DNA of 64,000 nt from Abditibacteriaceae bacterium (GCA_965277285.1 OZ255721.1:2720001-2784000); one strand, 5' to 3'. Positions 1 to 10,634 are shown, counted from the first letter of the stretch. Numbers and translations are program-made. Notes: generated from the letters alone by a model not told the origin.

Positions 1-49
1 AGCGCCGCGTCAATCGGCTAACCTTTCTATATTATCTCGCGGAGTTTTT

Positions 50-799
50 GTGAAACTTTTTTTTCGTCGTTCCAACGTCCTTCCGAAAAACGTTCTGCTT
101 CCGAAACGCGTCGCTGTTTTGGGCACGCTGGCCGCTTTTTCGGCCCTGACAATGTTGCCGACGCGCGCTTTTTCGCGGCCTGCGATGAGGGCGCAAACCA
201 GCAACGCGGGCGCAGGTTTATCGTTCGATATTACGGCGCGTTTGGTGGCGCTGCAACATGGACAGCCCAGCGATATGCCAGCGCAAACTTTTGATGCGCG
301 CGTTTTTCTCAAGGGCAGCAATGCGCGCGTCGAAACCGAAGTGGGCGACCGTCCGGCAGTTTACCTGTTGACGCCGCCGTATCTCACCAAACTGCTGCCG
401 AACGCCAAAGCGGGCGCGCGCTGGAAAGTTTCGCGCAAAGTCACTTTCCCGGGCGCGGGCGGCGCCGGATTGGGCAACGATTTGCAAACCTTGATGCGCG
501 ATCCTGGAGCCTTGCGCGCGGCTTTGCGACGCAGCGGCGCGCGCATGGCGGGAAATGCGACCTTGAACGGCACGCCGGTTGAAATTTACAACGCCGCGAA
601 TTTCATGGGAGGCGGACAAAAATTGACGGCATGGCTACGACGCAGCGATGCCTTGCCAGTGCGCGCGCAACTGATCAGCAAAACGCTTTCGAGTACTCTT
701 TCGTGGAGCAATTACAGACGCGTCGCGCTACCGGATTCGCTGTTTCACGCGCCTGCCGGTTACAATGTTCGCAACTCGACGGGACAACCGTCCTTTTAA
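50..799 (+). CDS. Exported protein, possible LolA/DUF4412-like fold
   Basis: Signal-like hydrophobic N-terminus; C-terminal 'SNYRRVALPDSLFHAPAGY' resembles LolA-like/DUF4412 ends. Confidence 0.45.
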   Translation: MKLFFRRSNVLPKNVLLPKRVAVLGTLAAFSALTMLPTRAFSRPAMRAQTSNAGAGLSFDITARLVALQHGQPSDMPAQTFDARVFLKGSNARVETEVGDRPAVYLLTPPYLTKLLPNAKAGARWKVSRKVTFPGAGGAGLGNDLQTLMRDPGALRAALRRSGARMAGNATLNGTPVEIYNAANFMGGGQKLTAWLRRSDALPVRAQLISKTLSSTLSWSNYRRVALPDSLFHAPAGYNVRNSTGQPSF

Positions 800-907
800 T
801 GGTTTTCGCTTTGAGCGATTTGGCTTGGAGCAATTTTCGGTTTTGTTTTCTCGATAGTCAGGGAGCGGCGCGCTCGTAAATTTTTCGCGTCCTCCGCAGG
901 AGAAACG

Positions 908-2983
908 ATGTCTCAACCTTTTTCAAATCGAAGTCAACGCGTGCGACCTCGCGCCATTGCGTTATCTTCCGCCGCGCTGTTAGGCGCCGCATGGAGCGTC
1001 GCCGCTTCCGCCGCGCCAGTCGCTACGATTTCGCCAATGGGCGCGACTTCGGTCAGCAACGCTGCGCCGACGAATACGGTGCGCAGTAGCGCTGCCATTT
1101 CCGATGCGCTTTCGAGTACTGGAAACGGCACGGCGATGTGGGCGACCTACAAAGGCGATGCGCAACGCACGGGCGCCGTCAATATGCCAGTACGTTTGCC
1201 GCTCAACTTGCAATGGCGCTACACCAGCGCCGCCGATCCGGGCGCGATTGTCGGTTCGCCGCTGGTTGTTGGCGAGCCAGGCGCGCGACGCGTGCTTTTC
1301 AACGCCGGTAAATTTTTGTATTGCCTGGACGCTGAGAGCGGCGAAGCTTTGTGGACATGGACGGCTGGAAGCGCCTTGCGCGCGCCTTTGAGTTTGGTGC
1401 CGGGCATGAATGGCGCGGTGCTAACGCAGTCCAACAAAGGAGTCGCGCAAGCGATTCTCATCAGCGATGGCACGCCTTTGTGGACATATCAGGCGGATTC
1501 GTCGTTGCGTGTGGCGCCGCTCGCACTGCGCACATCGCGTGGAGATCGCATCATTTTGGCGCCTTCGTCGGGCGTCTTGGTGGCATTGACACCACAAGGC
1601 GCGCTTGATCCGACATGGCACGTTACGCTGGGCGCTGGGGGCGCGGCTCCCGCGGCAGCTCCTGTCGCCAGCGCTAATGGCGATCGTATCTTCGTTCCGA
1701 CCAACGATGGAACTGTTTACGCCGTTGATGTGCGTGGAGGGCGTGTCGCCTTCAGCACAACTTTGGATGCGGTTTCAACGACCTCGCCTGTTGTTGTTGG
1801 CAACACGATGGTGGCAACCGGCAGCAGCCTGATCGTTGCCGTGCGCGTCGATAATGGCTCAACGGTGTGGCGCGGTACGTCGGGTGACGAAATGTTCACG
1901 GCGCTGTCGGCGCAACCGGGAAATACACCCACGTCCGGCGTGATTTATGCGGGCACCAATCGTGGTTCGCTTATCGCTTACAGTGCGCGCGATGGCAAAC
2001 AATTGTGGAAAGCAGCGGTTGGCAAGGCAGCGCTGTCAGGTTCGCCATTGGTTTTGCGCGGCGCGATTGTGGTTGGTTCGCGCGAAGGCGTGCTTTATGC
2101 CGTGAACAGCGCCAACGGCCAGATTTTATGGCGCTATCGCCTGGAAAGCGAGCGTCGAGTACTCGTTTCCGTGCGCGCCACTACAGGAGCTAACGGCGTG
2201 GCATCTACGTCGAGCAACCCGTATGCGGCAGGCGGCGCGGGCGGTGGTCGTTTCGGTGGTGGCTTCGGTGGTGGCATCAATCGCTCTGGCGGTGCTGTGC
2301 CGTCCGCCACGCCGATGACTTATGAAACGCGCACTTACGGCACGTCTTCGGCGCCCGCTGCGGTAGATGGCCAGATCTATGTTCCCGCCGACAACGCCGC
2401 GTTGTATGCGTTTTCGACAACAGCCTTCGATGCGTCGCCGCCGCTCATCAGCGATACCACGATCGTGATCCCCGATACCACCAACGAACCTTATCCAGTT
2501 CTCATCACACCAGGTTTCCCGGGCATCGCCAACAAAGGGCCGATTTCGCTGACGTTGCAGTTGGCGGACGCCGGTTCAGGAATCGACGCTTCGCATATCA
2601 GCGTCAGCTTCGATGGACAAACGCTGCCAGCTTCCGATGTTAAATATGATGCGGCGTCCGGCCTTTTGTCGCTGACGCTTTTCAAGCCCAAAGGCGACGT
2701 GCTGACGCTGAGCGACGGCACGCACACTGTTGCTGTGCGCATCGCTGATTACAACGGTAACACAGCGCAAACGACGACCTCGTTCCTCGTCAACAGCACC
2801 TTTGTTTCGCCGACCAAGCAAGTTGCGGGCAGCGCAAACACGGCGCAGTCGCCACAATCACCGCAATGGGGCGGAGGACGCGGCGGACGTGGTGGCGGTG
2901 GCGGTTGGAACCCGGGACAAGGAGCGCCTCCTTGGGCACAACGTCGCTATGGCGGCAACGGCGATGGTGGTGGCGGCGGTTAA
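908..2983 (+). CDS. Secreted PQQ-like beta-propeller (BamB-like repeat) protein with Ig-like C-terminal domain and Gly-rich tail
   Basis: Signal peptide; repeated 'LYCLDAESGEALW', 'VYAVDVRGG', 'LYAVNSANGQILW' blades; 'LSDGTHTVAVRIADYNGN' Ig-like motif. Confidence 0.8.
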   Translation: MSQPFSNRSQRVRPRAIALSSAALLGAAWSVAASAAPVATISPMGATSVSNAAPTNTVRSSAAISDALSSTGNGTAMWATYKGDAQRTGAVNMPVRLPLNLQWRYTSAADPGAIVGSPLVVGEPGARRVLFNAGKFLYCLDAESGEALWTWTAGSALRAPLSLVPGMNGAVLTQSNKGVAQAILISDGTPLWTYQADSSLRVAPLALRTSRGDRIILAPSSGVLVALTPQGALDPTWHVTLGAGGAAPAAAPVASANGDRIFVPTNDGTVYAVDVRGGRVAFSTTLDAVSTTSPVVVGNTMVATGSSLIVAVRVDNGSTVWRGTSGDEMFTALSAQPGNTPTSGVIYAGTNRGSLIAYSARDGKQLWKAAVGKAALSGSPLVLRGAIVVGSREGVLYAVNSANGQILWRYRLESERRVLVSVRATTGANGVASTSSNPYAAGGAGGGRFGGGFGGGINRSGGAVPSATPMTYETRTYGTSSAPAAVDGQIYVPADNAALYAFSTTAFDASPPLISDTTIVIPDTTNEPYPVLITPGFPGIANKGPISLTLQLADAGSGIDASHISVSFDGQTLPASDVKYDAASGLLSLTLFKPKGDVLTLSDGTHTVAVRIADYNGNTAQTTTSFLVNSTFVSPTKQVAGSANTAQSPQSPQWGGGRGGRGGGGGWNPGQGAPPWAQRRYGGNGDGGGGG

Positions 2984-3195
2984 GCCGAGTTTTAAACGAT
3001 TTTACGTCTGATGATTTCTTCAAACGCTGCGTATTTTGCCTTCGGGCACTTGCGCAGCGTTTGTGTTTGCAGATATATTGCGTTTCCGTTCACAAAAATT
3101 CTCAAACAGATGTTACCATTCGTTCCTTGTCGCACTTCGAGTACTCGAAAACAAAGTGAGAAGCGACAAACGCCAGTTTTTGATTTTTTTTAGCC

Positions 3196-4446
3196 ATGAC
3201 TTTTGTGCCCGATGAAACTGCTCAAGTCGCGTTGCCGGAAAATACACGCGTCGAAACCATGCAAAGCGATGATCTGGAAATGTGGTTGCGCCTGGCGTTT
3301 GTCGCTTTGCCCGCAGGACGTTGCAACACGTCGCTTGAAGCATGGAAACATCCGCGCGAACTTTTAGAGGCAGCGAACCGCGGGCACGATGACGAACTGT
3401 TGAAGACGCCAGGCATCACGCCGACGACAATCGAACGCTTGCGCGAATCGAGTACTCGAAACTTGCAACCTGCGCTGGACGTGATGCAAAGTCACAGCAT
3501 TCGCTTGATGCTGCGCAGCGACGAAGATTATCCCAAATCGCTGGAAGCGCTTGGAGACGACGCGCCGCCTTATATTTTCGTGCGCGGCGACATTTTGCCT
3601 GACGATGAAATTGCGGTCGGCATCGTCGGCACGCGTCACACGACCGATTACGGACGCGGTATCGCTCACGCTCTGGCGCGAGATTTAGCGGCGCGTGGCG
3701 TTACGGTGGTCTCAGGGTTGGCGCGCGGCATTGACACTGCGGCGCATAAAGGCGCGCTTGAAGGCGCAGGTCGCACGTTCGCGGTTTGCGGTTGCGGTTT
3801 GGATGTCGTTTATCCGCTGGAAAACAAAGCGTTGATGGAGCAGATCGTTCAAAATGGCGCGGCCTGGAGCGAATTCGCGCCGACGACACATCCTGAAGCG
3901 TGGCATTTTCCAGCGCGCAATCGCATCATTTCGGGATTGAGCGCGGGCATCATCGTGGTCGAAGCTGGAGAACGCAGTGGCGCCCTGATTACCGCCGATT
4001 TTGCGATGGAACAAGGGCGCGAAGTTTTCGCCGTGCCGGGCAACGTGCACAAAATTCAAAGCCGCGGCCCTCACGCTTTGATCAAACAAGGCGCGACTTT
4101 AGTTGAAAATGTTGACGATGTCTTGCAGGTTTTGAACAATCGCGCTGTTCCATTCGAGCGCCAAGCGAAAGCGGAAACCACGAAATCGAGTACTCGAAAA
4201 CGCGCGAAGAGCGACGTAAAAACCGGTGCAAAATCGGCGGCGGTGCAACGTGTTACGCCGCGCGCCGACTTGACAGCGGGCGAAAATCGTGTTTATCTGG
4301 CGCTGAATGAAGAGCCGCGCCATCTCGACGAAATCGCGCAGGACGCAGAAATGGGAGCCGGCGAAGTGAACTCGACGTTGGTAATCATGGAACTTAAAGG
4401 TCACGTCCGCCGTTTACCGGGCGGAATGTTTGTGAAACAGGGATGA
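3196..4446 (+). CDS. dprA: DNA-processing protein DprA
   Basis: 'VGIVGTR', 'VVSGLARGIDTAAHKGAL', 'FPARNRIISGLS', 'SGALITA', 'GREVFAVPG'; C-terminal wHTH; upstream of topA. Confidence 0.96.
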   Translation: MTFVPDETAQVALPENTRVETMQSDDLEMWLRLAFVALPAGRCNTSLEAWKHPRELLEAANRGHDDELLKTPGITPTTIERLRESSTRNLQPALDVMQSHSIRLMLRSDEDYPKSLEALGDDAPPYIFVRGDILPDDEIAVGIVGTRHTTDYGRGIAHALARDLAARGVTVVSGLARGIDTAAHKGALEGAGRTFAVCGCGLDVVYPLENKALMEQIVQNGAAWSEFAPTTHPEAWHFPARNRIISGLSAGIIVVEAGERSGALITADFAMEQGREVFAVPGNVHKIQSRGPHALIKQGATLVENVDDVLQVLNNRAVPFERQAKAETTKSSTRKRAKSDVKTGAKSAAVQRVTPRADLTAGENRVYLALNEEPRHLDEIAQDAEMGAGEVNSTLVIMELKGHVRRLPGGMFVKQG

Positions 4447-4564
4447 GGTGCAAGGGACGAGGCATGAGTTAAGTGGCGTTCGAGTACTCAAACGCTGAAC
4501 ATGGGCGCAGCAAGCTGACGCCCCTACGAACCCAACTCATTCCTCATCCCTTTTACCTCATCCC
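4440..4564. repeat. Imperfect inverted repeat (31-bp GGATGAG-rich arms) enclosing a GTAG-type REP half and a 12-mer palindrome variant
   Basis: 4440-4470 pairs with 4534-4564 (4 mismatches); gggcgcagcaagctgacgcccctac at 4503-4527. Confidence 0.75.
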
Positions 4565-4575
4565 TTTGAAAAGTT

Positions 4576-7140
4576 ATGGCTAAATCCTTAATCATCGTCG
4601 AGTCGCCGACCAAGAAGAAAACCTTGGAAGGCTTTTTAGGCCCCAATTATAAAGTCATGGGTTCCAAAGGTCACGTCCGCGACTTGCCCAAAAGCGGTCT
4701 GGCGGTCGATTTGGAACACGATTTCGAGCCGAAATATGAACTGTTGCCCGACCGCAAAAGCGTCGTCGACGAACTGCGCCGCGCCGCCAAAGACGTGGAC
4801 ATCGTGTATCTGGCGTCCGACCCCGACCGCGAAGGCGAAGCGATTGCGTGGCACATCCGCGAAGCGTTGCACCTGAAAAACGCGCGTCGCATCGAGTTCA
4901 ACGAAATCACCAAAACCGCCGTGCAGCGCGCTCTGGAAAACCCGCGCGAAATCGACATGGATCGCGTCAATGCGCAACAAGCGCGTCGAGTACTTGATAG
5001 AATTATCGGTTATCAACTTTCGCCGCTGTTGTCGAAAAAGATCAGTCGCGGCTTGTCGGCGGGTCGAGTGCAATCGGTTGCGGTGCGCTTGATTTGCGAA
5101 CGCGAGCGCGAAATCCAAGCGTTCAAAATCGAAGAGTACTGGAGCATCGAAGCGATTCTTTCCCCGCAAAACGAAGAATTTCCGTTTCCGGCGCGCTTGC
5201 TGACGCGCGCCAGCAAGAAAGTCGAAATCACCAACGAAGAGCAGGCAAACGAACTCGTCGAAGCATTAAATCCTGAATCGGATTTCAATAAGAGCGCGCT
5301 GTTGCCTTTCCGGTATATAGTTTCCAGCGTCAAAAGGCAGGAAAAGCGCCGTTTTCCAGGTGCGCCGTTTATTACTTCGACGTTGCAGCAGGAAGCCTCC
5401 AAGCAGTTGCGTTTCTCGGCCAAGAAAACGATGATGGTGGCGCAGGCGTTGTATGAAGGCATTGCGCTGGGCGACGGCTCGCCGGTCGGTCTCATCACGT
5501 ATATGCGCACCGATTCGACGACGATTGCCAAAGAAGCGCAAGAAGCCGCGCGCGACTTGATTGCCAAGCGTTTCGGCCAGGATTTCGTGCCCGATGCGCC
5601 GCCCAAATACAAGAACAAAAAGAGCGCGCAGGAAGCGCACGAAGCAATTCGTCCGGCTTATGTGACGCACATTCCCGAAGATATTCAAAGGTTTTTGACG
5701 GACGAGCAGTTCAAATTGTATCGTTTGATTTGGCGTCGTTTTGTCGCTTCGCAAATGAAACCGGCGATTTTAGATGTCACGACGGTCGACATCGCGGCGG
5801 GCGAGTTTGGCTTGCGCGCGTCGGGAACTGTGGTCAAGTTCGCGGGATTTTTGAGCGTTTACGAAGACGCGCGAGACGAAGATGCGCCAGTTGTCGAGGC
5901 CGACGACGAAGACGCCGTGCGCAAATTGCCGAACCTGGAAGCGAATCGAGTACTCGATTTGCGCGATTTGCTGCCGCGCCAGCATTTCACGCAGCCGCCG
6001 CCGCGTTATACCGAAGCGACGTTGGTGAAGACATTGGAAGAAAACGGCATCGGTCGGCCTTCGACGTATGCGCAAACGCTTTCGACAGTTCAAGATCGCG
6101 GTTACGCCGAACTGGAGCAGCGACGATTCAAACCGACGGAGCTGGGCTTCATCGTCAACGACAAGTTGGTGCAACATTTTCCGAACGTGGTTGACGTGCA
6201 TTTCACGGCGGGCGTCGAGGAAAAGCTGGATGAAGTCGAGGAAGGTAAGCAGCTTTGGACGAAGGTTTTGCACGAATGGTACGACCCGTTCAGCGAAGAC
6301 GTGACGCGCGCCAAAACAGAAATGGAAAAAGTCGCGCCGGTTGAAACTGATTTCGATTGCCCGACTTGCGGCGCCAAGATGTTGAAGCGTCGCGGTCGTT
6401 TCGGCGAGTTTTTGGCGTGCTCCAATTATCCCGAATGCAAAACTTCGATGAACGTCAGCGCCGATGGTCAGCCGGAATCGAACGAGCCGGAAGTTTCGGA
6501 ACATTCGTGTCCCAAAACCGGCCTGCCTTTGGTGCGCAAAAAAGGTCGCTTCGGCGAGTATTTCGAGTGCGTTGACAGCGAAGGCGTGAAGATTACCTAT
6601 AAAGTCGGACTCAATGGCGAGCCGGTCGAGAAAGCGCCCGCGCCGCAAATCGAAGGACTTGACCCGAACGAAAAGCGGACTTGCGAAAAATGCGGCAAGC
6701 CGATGACGGTTCGCGCCAGTCGTCGCGGCGCGTTCTGGGGCTGCACCGGTTATCCCAAATGTCGCAATCTGGTTCCGATTGAAGGCGCCAAAGTCATTCT
6801 GCCCGAAGCGGAACTGACCGATTTTAAATGCCCGATTTGCGAAAAACCTTTGGCGAAACGCAGCGGTCGCTTCGGCCCGTTCCTTTCTTGCAGCGGTTAT
6901 CCCGAATGCAAAACGATTGTGAAACTGGACAAACAGGGCGAGCCTATTTTCCCGACAGCGGAAGAAATCGAAGCCGCAAAGGAAGCAAAAGCCGCCAAAA
7001 CGGCAACCGCAAAGACCGTGACCGCCAAAACCACGACAAAGAAAGTCGTCGCCAAAAAACCGGCGGCGAAGAAATCCGTGGCGAAAAAGGCGACTGCGAA
7101 ATCGAGTACTCGAAAGACGACGAAAAAAGTCGCGGTGTAA
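4576..7140 (+). CDS. topA: DNA topoisomerase I with zinc ribbons and Lys/Ala-rich tail
   Basis: TOPRIM 'LIIVESP', 'ASDPDREGEAI', 'SAGRVQS', catalytic 'LITYMRTD', multiple C4 ribbons. Confidence 0.98.
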   Translation: MAKSLIIVESPTKKKTLEGFLGPNYKVMGSKGHVRDLPKSGLAVDLEHDFEPKYELLPDRKSVVDELRRAAKDVDIVYLASDPDREGEAIAWHIREALHLKNARRIEFNEITKTAVQRALENPREIDMDRVNAQQARRVLDRIIGYQLSPLLSKKISRGLSAGRVQSVAVRLICEREREIQAFKIEEYWSIEAILSPQNEEFPFPARLLTRASKKVEITNEEQANELVEALNPESDFNKSALLPFRYIVSSVKRQEKRRFPGAPFITSTLQQEASKQLRFSAKKTMMVAQALYEGIALGDGSPVGLITYMRTDSTTIAKEAQEAARDLIAKRFGQDFVPDAPPKYKNKKSAQEAHEAIRPAYVTHIPEDIQRFLTDEQFKLYRLIWRRFVASQMKPAILDVTTVDIAAGEFGLRASGTVVKFAGFLSVYEDARDEDAPVVEADDEDAVRKLPNLEANRVLDLRDLLPRQHFTQPPPRYTEATLVKTLEENGIGRPSTYAQTLSTVQDRGYAELEQRRFKPTELGFIVNDKLVQHFPNVVDVHFTAGVEEKLDEVEEGKQLWTKVLHEWYDPFSEDVTRAKTEMEKVAPVETDFDCPTCGAKMLKRRGRFGEFLACSNYPECKTSMNVSADGQPESNEPEVSEHSCPKTGLPLVRKKGRFGEYFECVDSEGVKITYKVGLNGEPVEKAPAPQIEGLDPNEKRTCEKCGKPMTVRASRRGAFWGCTGYPKCRNLVPIEGAKVILPEAELTDFKCPICEKPLAKRSGRFGPFLSCSGYPECKTIVKLDKQGEPIFPTAEEIEAAKEAKAAKTATAKTVTAKTTTKKVVAKKPAAKKSVAKKATAKSSTRKTTKKVAV

Positions 7141-7201
7141 AACATTGTAGGGGTGAGCCGGTGGCTCGCCCTTATTTTCATTCAAAGGAATCCAGCAACT
7201 T

Positions 7202-8575
7202 TTGACACACGTTTCTCATCCCGCAGTCTCCGCAAGCGCGCAACGTCGCAATTGGATTGGTCTCGCTCTGGCCGTTGCCGCCACGTTGCCGTGGCTTTTT
7301 CTGATATTTTTTGGGCCGCACGATGCGCAAGGCCATCTCGCGCAGGCGCCGTTGACGACTTCGCTGTGGTCGGGATTGGCGATTTTGGGCGCAGCGTTTT
7401 TGTTGTCGTGGGCGGCGGAAGTTGCGCAGTTGGATATGGCGCAGGCGCTCGCGCTGGTGATTCTGTCGCTGATCGCCATTTTGCCGGAATATTCAGTCGA
7501 TATGGCGTTTGCGATTCAGGCGGGCAAAGGTTTGGCGGCCAGTCAGAATCCCGCGACTGCGAACTTGCCCGCCACCAAAGCGTTGCTCGAAAACGCGCAT
7601 TACGCGGTCGCCAACATGACGGGCGCCAACCGCATTCTTATCGGCATGGCGTGGAGCGCGGTCGTTTTCATTTATTGCTGGCGCAAGCGCGTCAAGTCGG
7701 TTGAAATCGAGCCATCGCGCGCCATTGAAATCAAATATCTGTTATTGGCGACGCTTTATTCGTTCACGCTGCCGCTCAAAGCATTGCTCTTCAACGTCGG
7801 CATTCATCCGGTTGATGCGCTGGTGTTGGTGATGCTATTTGGCTTTTACACGCGCGCCGCATCGAAAACCGAACACGTCGAACCGAAGTTGGTTGGGCCA
7901 CCAGCAGCGATGGCGACGTTGCCGCAAATGAACCGTCGCGCTTTATGCCTCGGATTGTTTGTGTTTTCGGCGTGGACGATTTACTTGGCGGCGCATCCTT
8001 TTGCCGAAGGCTTGGTCAAAGTCGGCGAAGGTTACAAAATCAACGAGTTTTTGCTGGTGCAATGGATCGCGCCGCTGGCGTCCGAGATGCCGGAATTCAT
8101 CGTCGCCGGATTGTTCGCGTGGCGCGGTTTTCCAGCGCTTGGCATGGGAACTTTGATTTCGTCCAAAGTCAATCAATGGACGCTTTTAGTCGGGCTTTTG
8201 CCAATTGTTTACTCCTTCGCGTCGCGCCAATTTGTTGCGATGCCGTTGGATGAACAGCAATTAACCGAAGTGCTTTTGACATCGGCGCAATCATTGTTCG
8301 CCGTCTCCATTTTGATGAATTTCAGCATCACATTGGCGGAAGCGGGCGCGTTGCTCGGGTTGTTTTTAGCGCAATTCTTGACGCAGATGGTCATCGCTGT
8401 AACACATCCCGAAACGTCGTTGGCGGCAGCGGAACAAGCCAGAGTCTTGACGCAAACTTCGCAACTGGGTTTTTCCGCGCTTTACATCGGTCTGGCGTTG
8501 TTCTTGGTTTTCTCGTCGCGCGAAAAACGCGCTGGCTTGCGCTCTTTGTTCGCGCGCGCACCGCAAACTGCATAG
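7202..8575 (+). CDS. Sodium/calcium exchanger family (CaCA) antiporter
   Basis: About 11 TM segments; alpha-repeats 'AILPEY..ANMTGANR' and 'PLASEMPEF..SSKVNQWT'. Confidence 0.85.
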   Translation: MTHVSHPAVSASAQRRNWIGLALAVAATLPWLFLIFFGPHDAQGHLAQAPLTTSLWSGLAILGAAFLLSWAAEVAQLDMAQALALVILSLIAILPEYSVDMAFAIQAGKGLAASQNPATANLPATKALLENAHYAVANMTGANRILIGMAWSAVVFIYCWRKRVKSVEIEPSRAIEIKYLLLATLYSFTLPLKALLFNVGIHPVDALVLVMLFGFYTRAASKTEHVEPKLVGPPAAMATLPQMNRRALCLGLFVFSAWTIYLAAHPFAEGLVKVGEGYKINEFLLVQWIAPLASEMPEFIVAGLFAWRGFPALGMGTLISSKVNQWTLLVGLLPIVYSFASRQFVAMPLDEQQLTEVLLTSAQSLFAVSILMNFSITLAEAGALLGLFLAQFLTQMVIAVTHPETSLAAAEQARVLTQTSQLGFSALYIGLALFLVFSSREKRAGLRSLFARAPQTA

Positions 8576-8580
8576 CATTC

Positions 8581-8648
8581 AACGAACCCGCAGCGTGAGC
8601 GAGGGAGATAGTTTGAGAAATCTCCCTTGCTCACGCTTCGGGTTCGTT
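8581..8648. repeat. REP-like hairpin family D (AACCCGnAGCGTnAGCG arms)
   Basis: aacgaacccgcagcgtgagcgagggaga...tctcccttgctcacgcttcgggttcgtt; relatives at 29142, 36273, 38741, 62536. Confidence 0.8.
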
Positions 8649-8666
8649 ATTGAATTGAGTACTCGA

Positions 8667-9473
8667 ATGACATTAACGCTCGGCGTCGTGCCCTATTTGA
8701 ACGCGTTGCCGCTTTATCACACATTGCGCGAAGTTCCAGAAATTCGCATCGTGTCGGCTGTGCCGTCGATTTTGGCGCCGATGCTCGATAAAGGCGAATG
8801 CGATGTCGCTTTGATTCCGATTGTCGAGCATTTGCGCGGCGTTGGCGATGAAATTATTTCCAACAGCTGCATTGGTTGCACCGGCGATGTACGCAGCGTT
8901 TTGTTGTTTCATCGCGTGCCGATTGAACGCGTTCAAAGCGTCGCGCTCGATACCAGTTCGCGCACTTCAGTCGCGTTGACACAAGTGGTTTTGAACGATT
9001 TGTTCAGTCTTTCGCCGGTCTACAATCATGCGGCGCCCGATTTAGGAGCCATGTTGCGCGACAACGATGCCGCTCTTCTCATCGCCGATAACGCGCTTTT
9101 AGCGGCGCAAAACGTTCCCGACAACATTCGAGTACTCGATTTGGGCACGGCCTGGCAAAAACTGACGAGCTTATCATTTGTCTTTGCGGCTTGGGTTTCA
9201 GGGCGCGGTTTTCACGATACCGAAGTTGCGGCTTTGTTGGATGAAGCACGTATCGAAGGCGTTCAACAAAGTGATGAAATCGCGCGCTTGGCGGCGCAAA
9301 CTTCGCCGGTTCCGCAAACGGTTATCGAAAGTTACTTCCGCGAAGCCATCGAATATGAAATGACAGCATCGCATCGTGCGGGTTTGAAGGAGTTTCGCGC
9401 GCGTTGCAAGAAGAATGGTTTGCTGAGTAGCCGTGCGATTTTGCAGTCGCCCGCCCCTGAAGGAGCGGGCTGA
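8667..9473 (+). CDS. mqnA: Chorismate dehydratase (futalosine menaquinone pathway)
   Basis: 'LGVVPYLNALPL', 'VRSVLLF', 'SSRTSVAL', 'DLGTAWQKLTSLSFVFAAW'; start re-called at ATG 8667. Confidence 0.9.
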   Translation: MTLTLGVVPYLNALPLYHTLREVPEIRIVSAVPSILAPMLDKGECDVALIPIVEHLRGVGDEIISNSCIGCTGDVRSVLLFHRVPIERVQSVALDTSSRTSVALTQVVLNDLFSLSPVYNHAAPDLGAMLRDNDAALLIADNALLAAQNVPDNIRVLDLGTAWQKLTSLSFVFAAWVSGRGFHDTEVAALLDEARIEGVQQSDEIARLAAQTSPVPQTVIESYFREAIEYEMTASHRAGLKEFRARCKKNGLLSSRAILQSPAPEGAG

Positions 9474-9565
9474 GGTAAAAGCCCCATGAATGGGGCTAAA
9501 TGGCTTCATGAGAGGCCTCTTTAGCGGTCTTGCTGCTCTCAGCCCGCTCCTTCAGGGGCGGCGAC
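9446..9565. repeat. REP-like inverted repeat family E (GCCCCTGAAGGAGCGGGCTGAG arms)
   Basis: 9452-9474 is complementary to 9538-9560; related elements at 31251-31378 and, more loosely, 20617-20680. Confidence 0.75.
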
Positions 9566-9595
9566 GGCAAGTCCACACCGTTGATTATGAAACGT

Positions 9596-9637
9596 AAAAA
9601 GCTCCGCCTCGACTTTGAATTGAGGCGGAGCTTTTTT
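9596..9637. terminator. Bidirectional intrinsic terminator
   Basis: AAAAA-gctccgcctc-loop-gaggcggagc-TTTTTT between convergent mqnA and aldo/keto reductase. Confidence 0.85.
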
Positions 9638-9653
9638 GTTCAGAGAAGCCAAC

Positions 9654-10538
9654 TCAGGCGAACGATTGATCCAGTTGGGCGACTTGTTCGGGCGACAGTT
9701 CGACATCGCCGCCGTGCGCGCTGTCTTCAACGCTTTCCAGGCGACTGGCGCCCGGAATCGGAATAGCGCGCTCGTATTTGCTCAAGTGCCAGGCGAGGAC
9801 AACGCGTTGCGGGCTGATGCCCAATTCCCGCGCGATTTGCCCCAGCGCGCCTTTTTCGCCGATGCCTTTGGCACCGCCCATGCCGCCCAGAGGACTCCAG
9901 GGCAAAAACGCCAATCCTAATTCGCGGCAATGTTCCAGAACGCCGTCCTGTTCGGGCGCGCGATGCGTCGGGCTGAACTGGTTTTGCACACTCGTAATCG
10001 GCACGATCTTCATGGCGATGTCAATTTGCTCGACGCTGACGTTGCTCAAGCCCGCGAACTGGATTTTTCCGGCATCCAGTGCTTCGCGCAAGACGCCAAC
10101 CGAATCGGCAAACGGCGTTTTCGGGTCGGGGCGATGAAATTGATAAAGCGGGATCACGTCCACATTCAACGCTTTCAAACTGGCGTCGAGAGCTTCGCGT
10201 AAGTGCTCGGGACGGCCATCGGTCACCCAATCGCCGTTGGGACGAATGTGGCCGCCTTTGGTCGCCAGCACGACGCGCGACTTCAAATCAGCGGGAAGAC
10301 GTCTAAAGGCTTGCGCGAACAAGCGTTCGTTGTGTCCGGTTTCGCTGTCGTTCAGGCAATAAGCGTCCGCCGTGTCCCACAGCGTCATGCCCAATTCCGC
10401 GGCGCGAACGAGTACTCGAACCGCGTCTTCCAGCGAAGGCCGGTCGCCCTTGACCGACATCGGCATTCCACCCAGACCAACCGCTCCCACTTGCGGGCCG
10501 TTCGGCCCCAACTGCCGCAACTTCATGCTGTTTGCCAT
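9654..10538 (-). CDS. Aldo/keto reductase
   Basis: 'GLGGM', 'WDTADAY', 'LATKGG', 'LYQFHRPD', 'PWSPLGG', 'IPIPGA'; GGAGA RBS before ATG 10538. Confidence 0.93.
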   Translation of the reverse strand: MANSMKLRQLGPNGPQVGAVGLGGMPMSVKGDRPSLEDAVRVLVRAAELGMTLWDTADAYCLNDSETGHNERLFAQAFRRLPADLKSRVVLATKGGHIRPNGDWVTDGRPEHLREALDASLKALNVDVIPLYQFHRPDPKTPFADSVGVLREALDAGKIQFAGLSNVSVEQIDIAMKIVPITSVQNQFSPTHRAPEQDGVLEHCRELGLAFLPWSPLGGMGGAKGIGEKGALGQIARELGISPQRVVLAWHLSKYERAIPIPGASRLESVEDSAHGGDVELSPEQVAQLDQSFA

Positions 10539-10634
10539 CGTGTTCTCCAAAGAAAAGGATGCCGGCGATGTGGGCAATTTGAACGCCGCTTGCACCTCCT
10601 CATTGTGCGTTTAAGCCACGCTCTATGTGTCCCG

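Noticed and set aside
5770..7185. Long antisense ORFs (also 11369-12325, 20979-22316, 24247-25266, 39700-40752, 58400-59347)
   Set aside because: Shadow ORFs of well-supported genes in GC-rich, codon-biased DNA.
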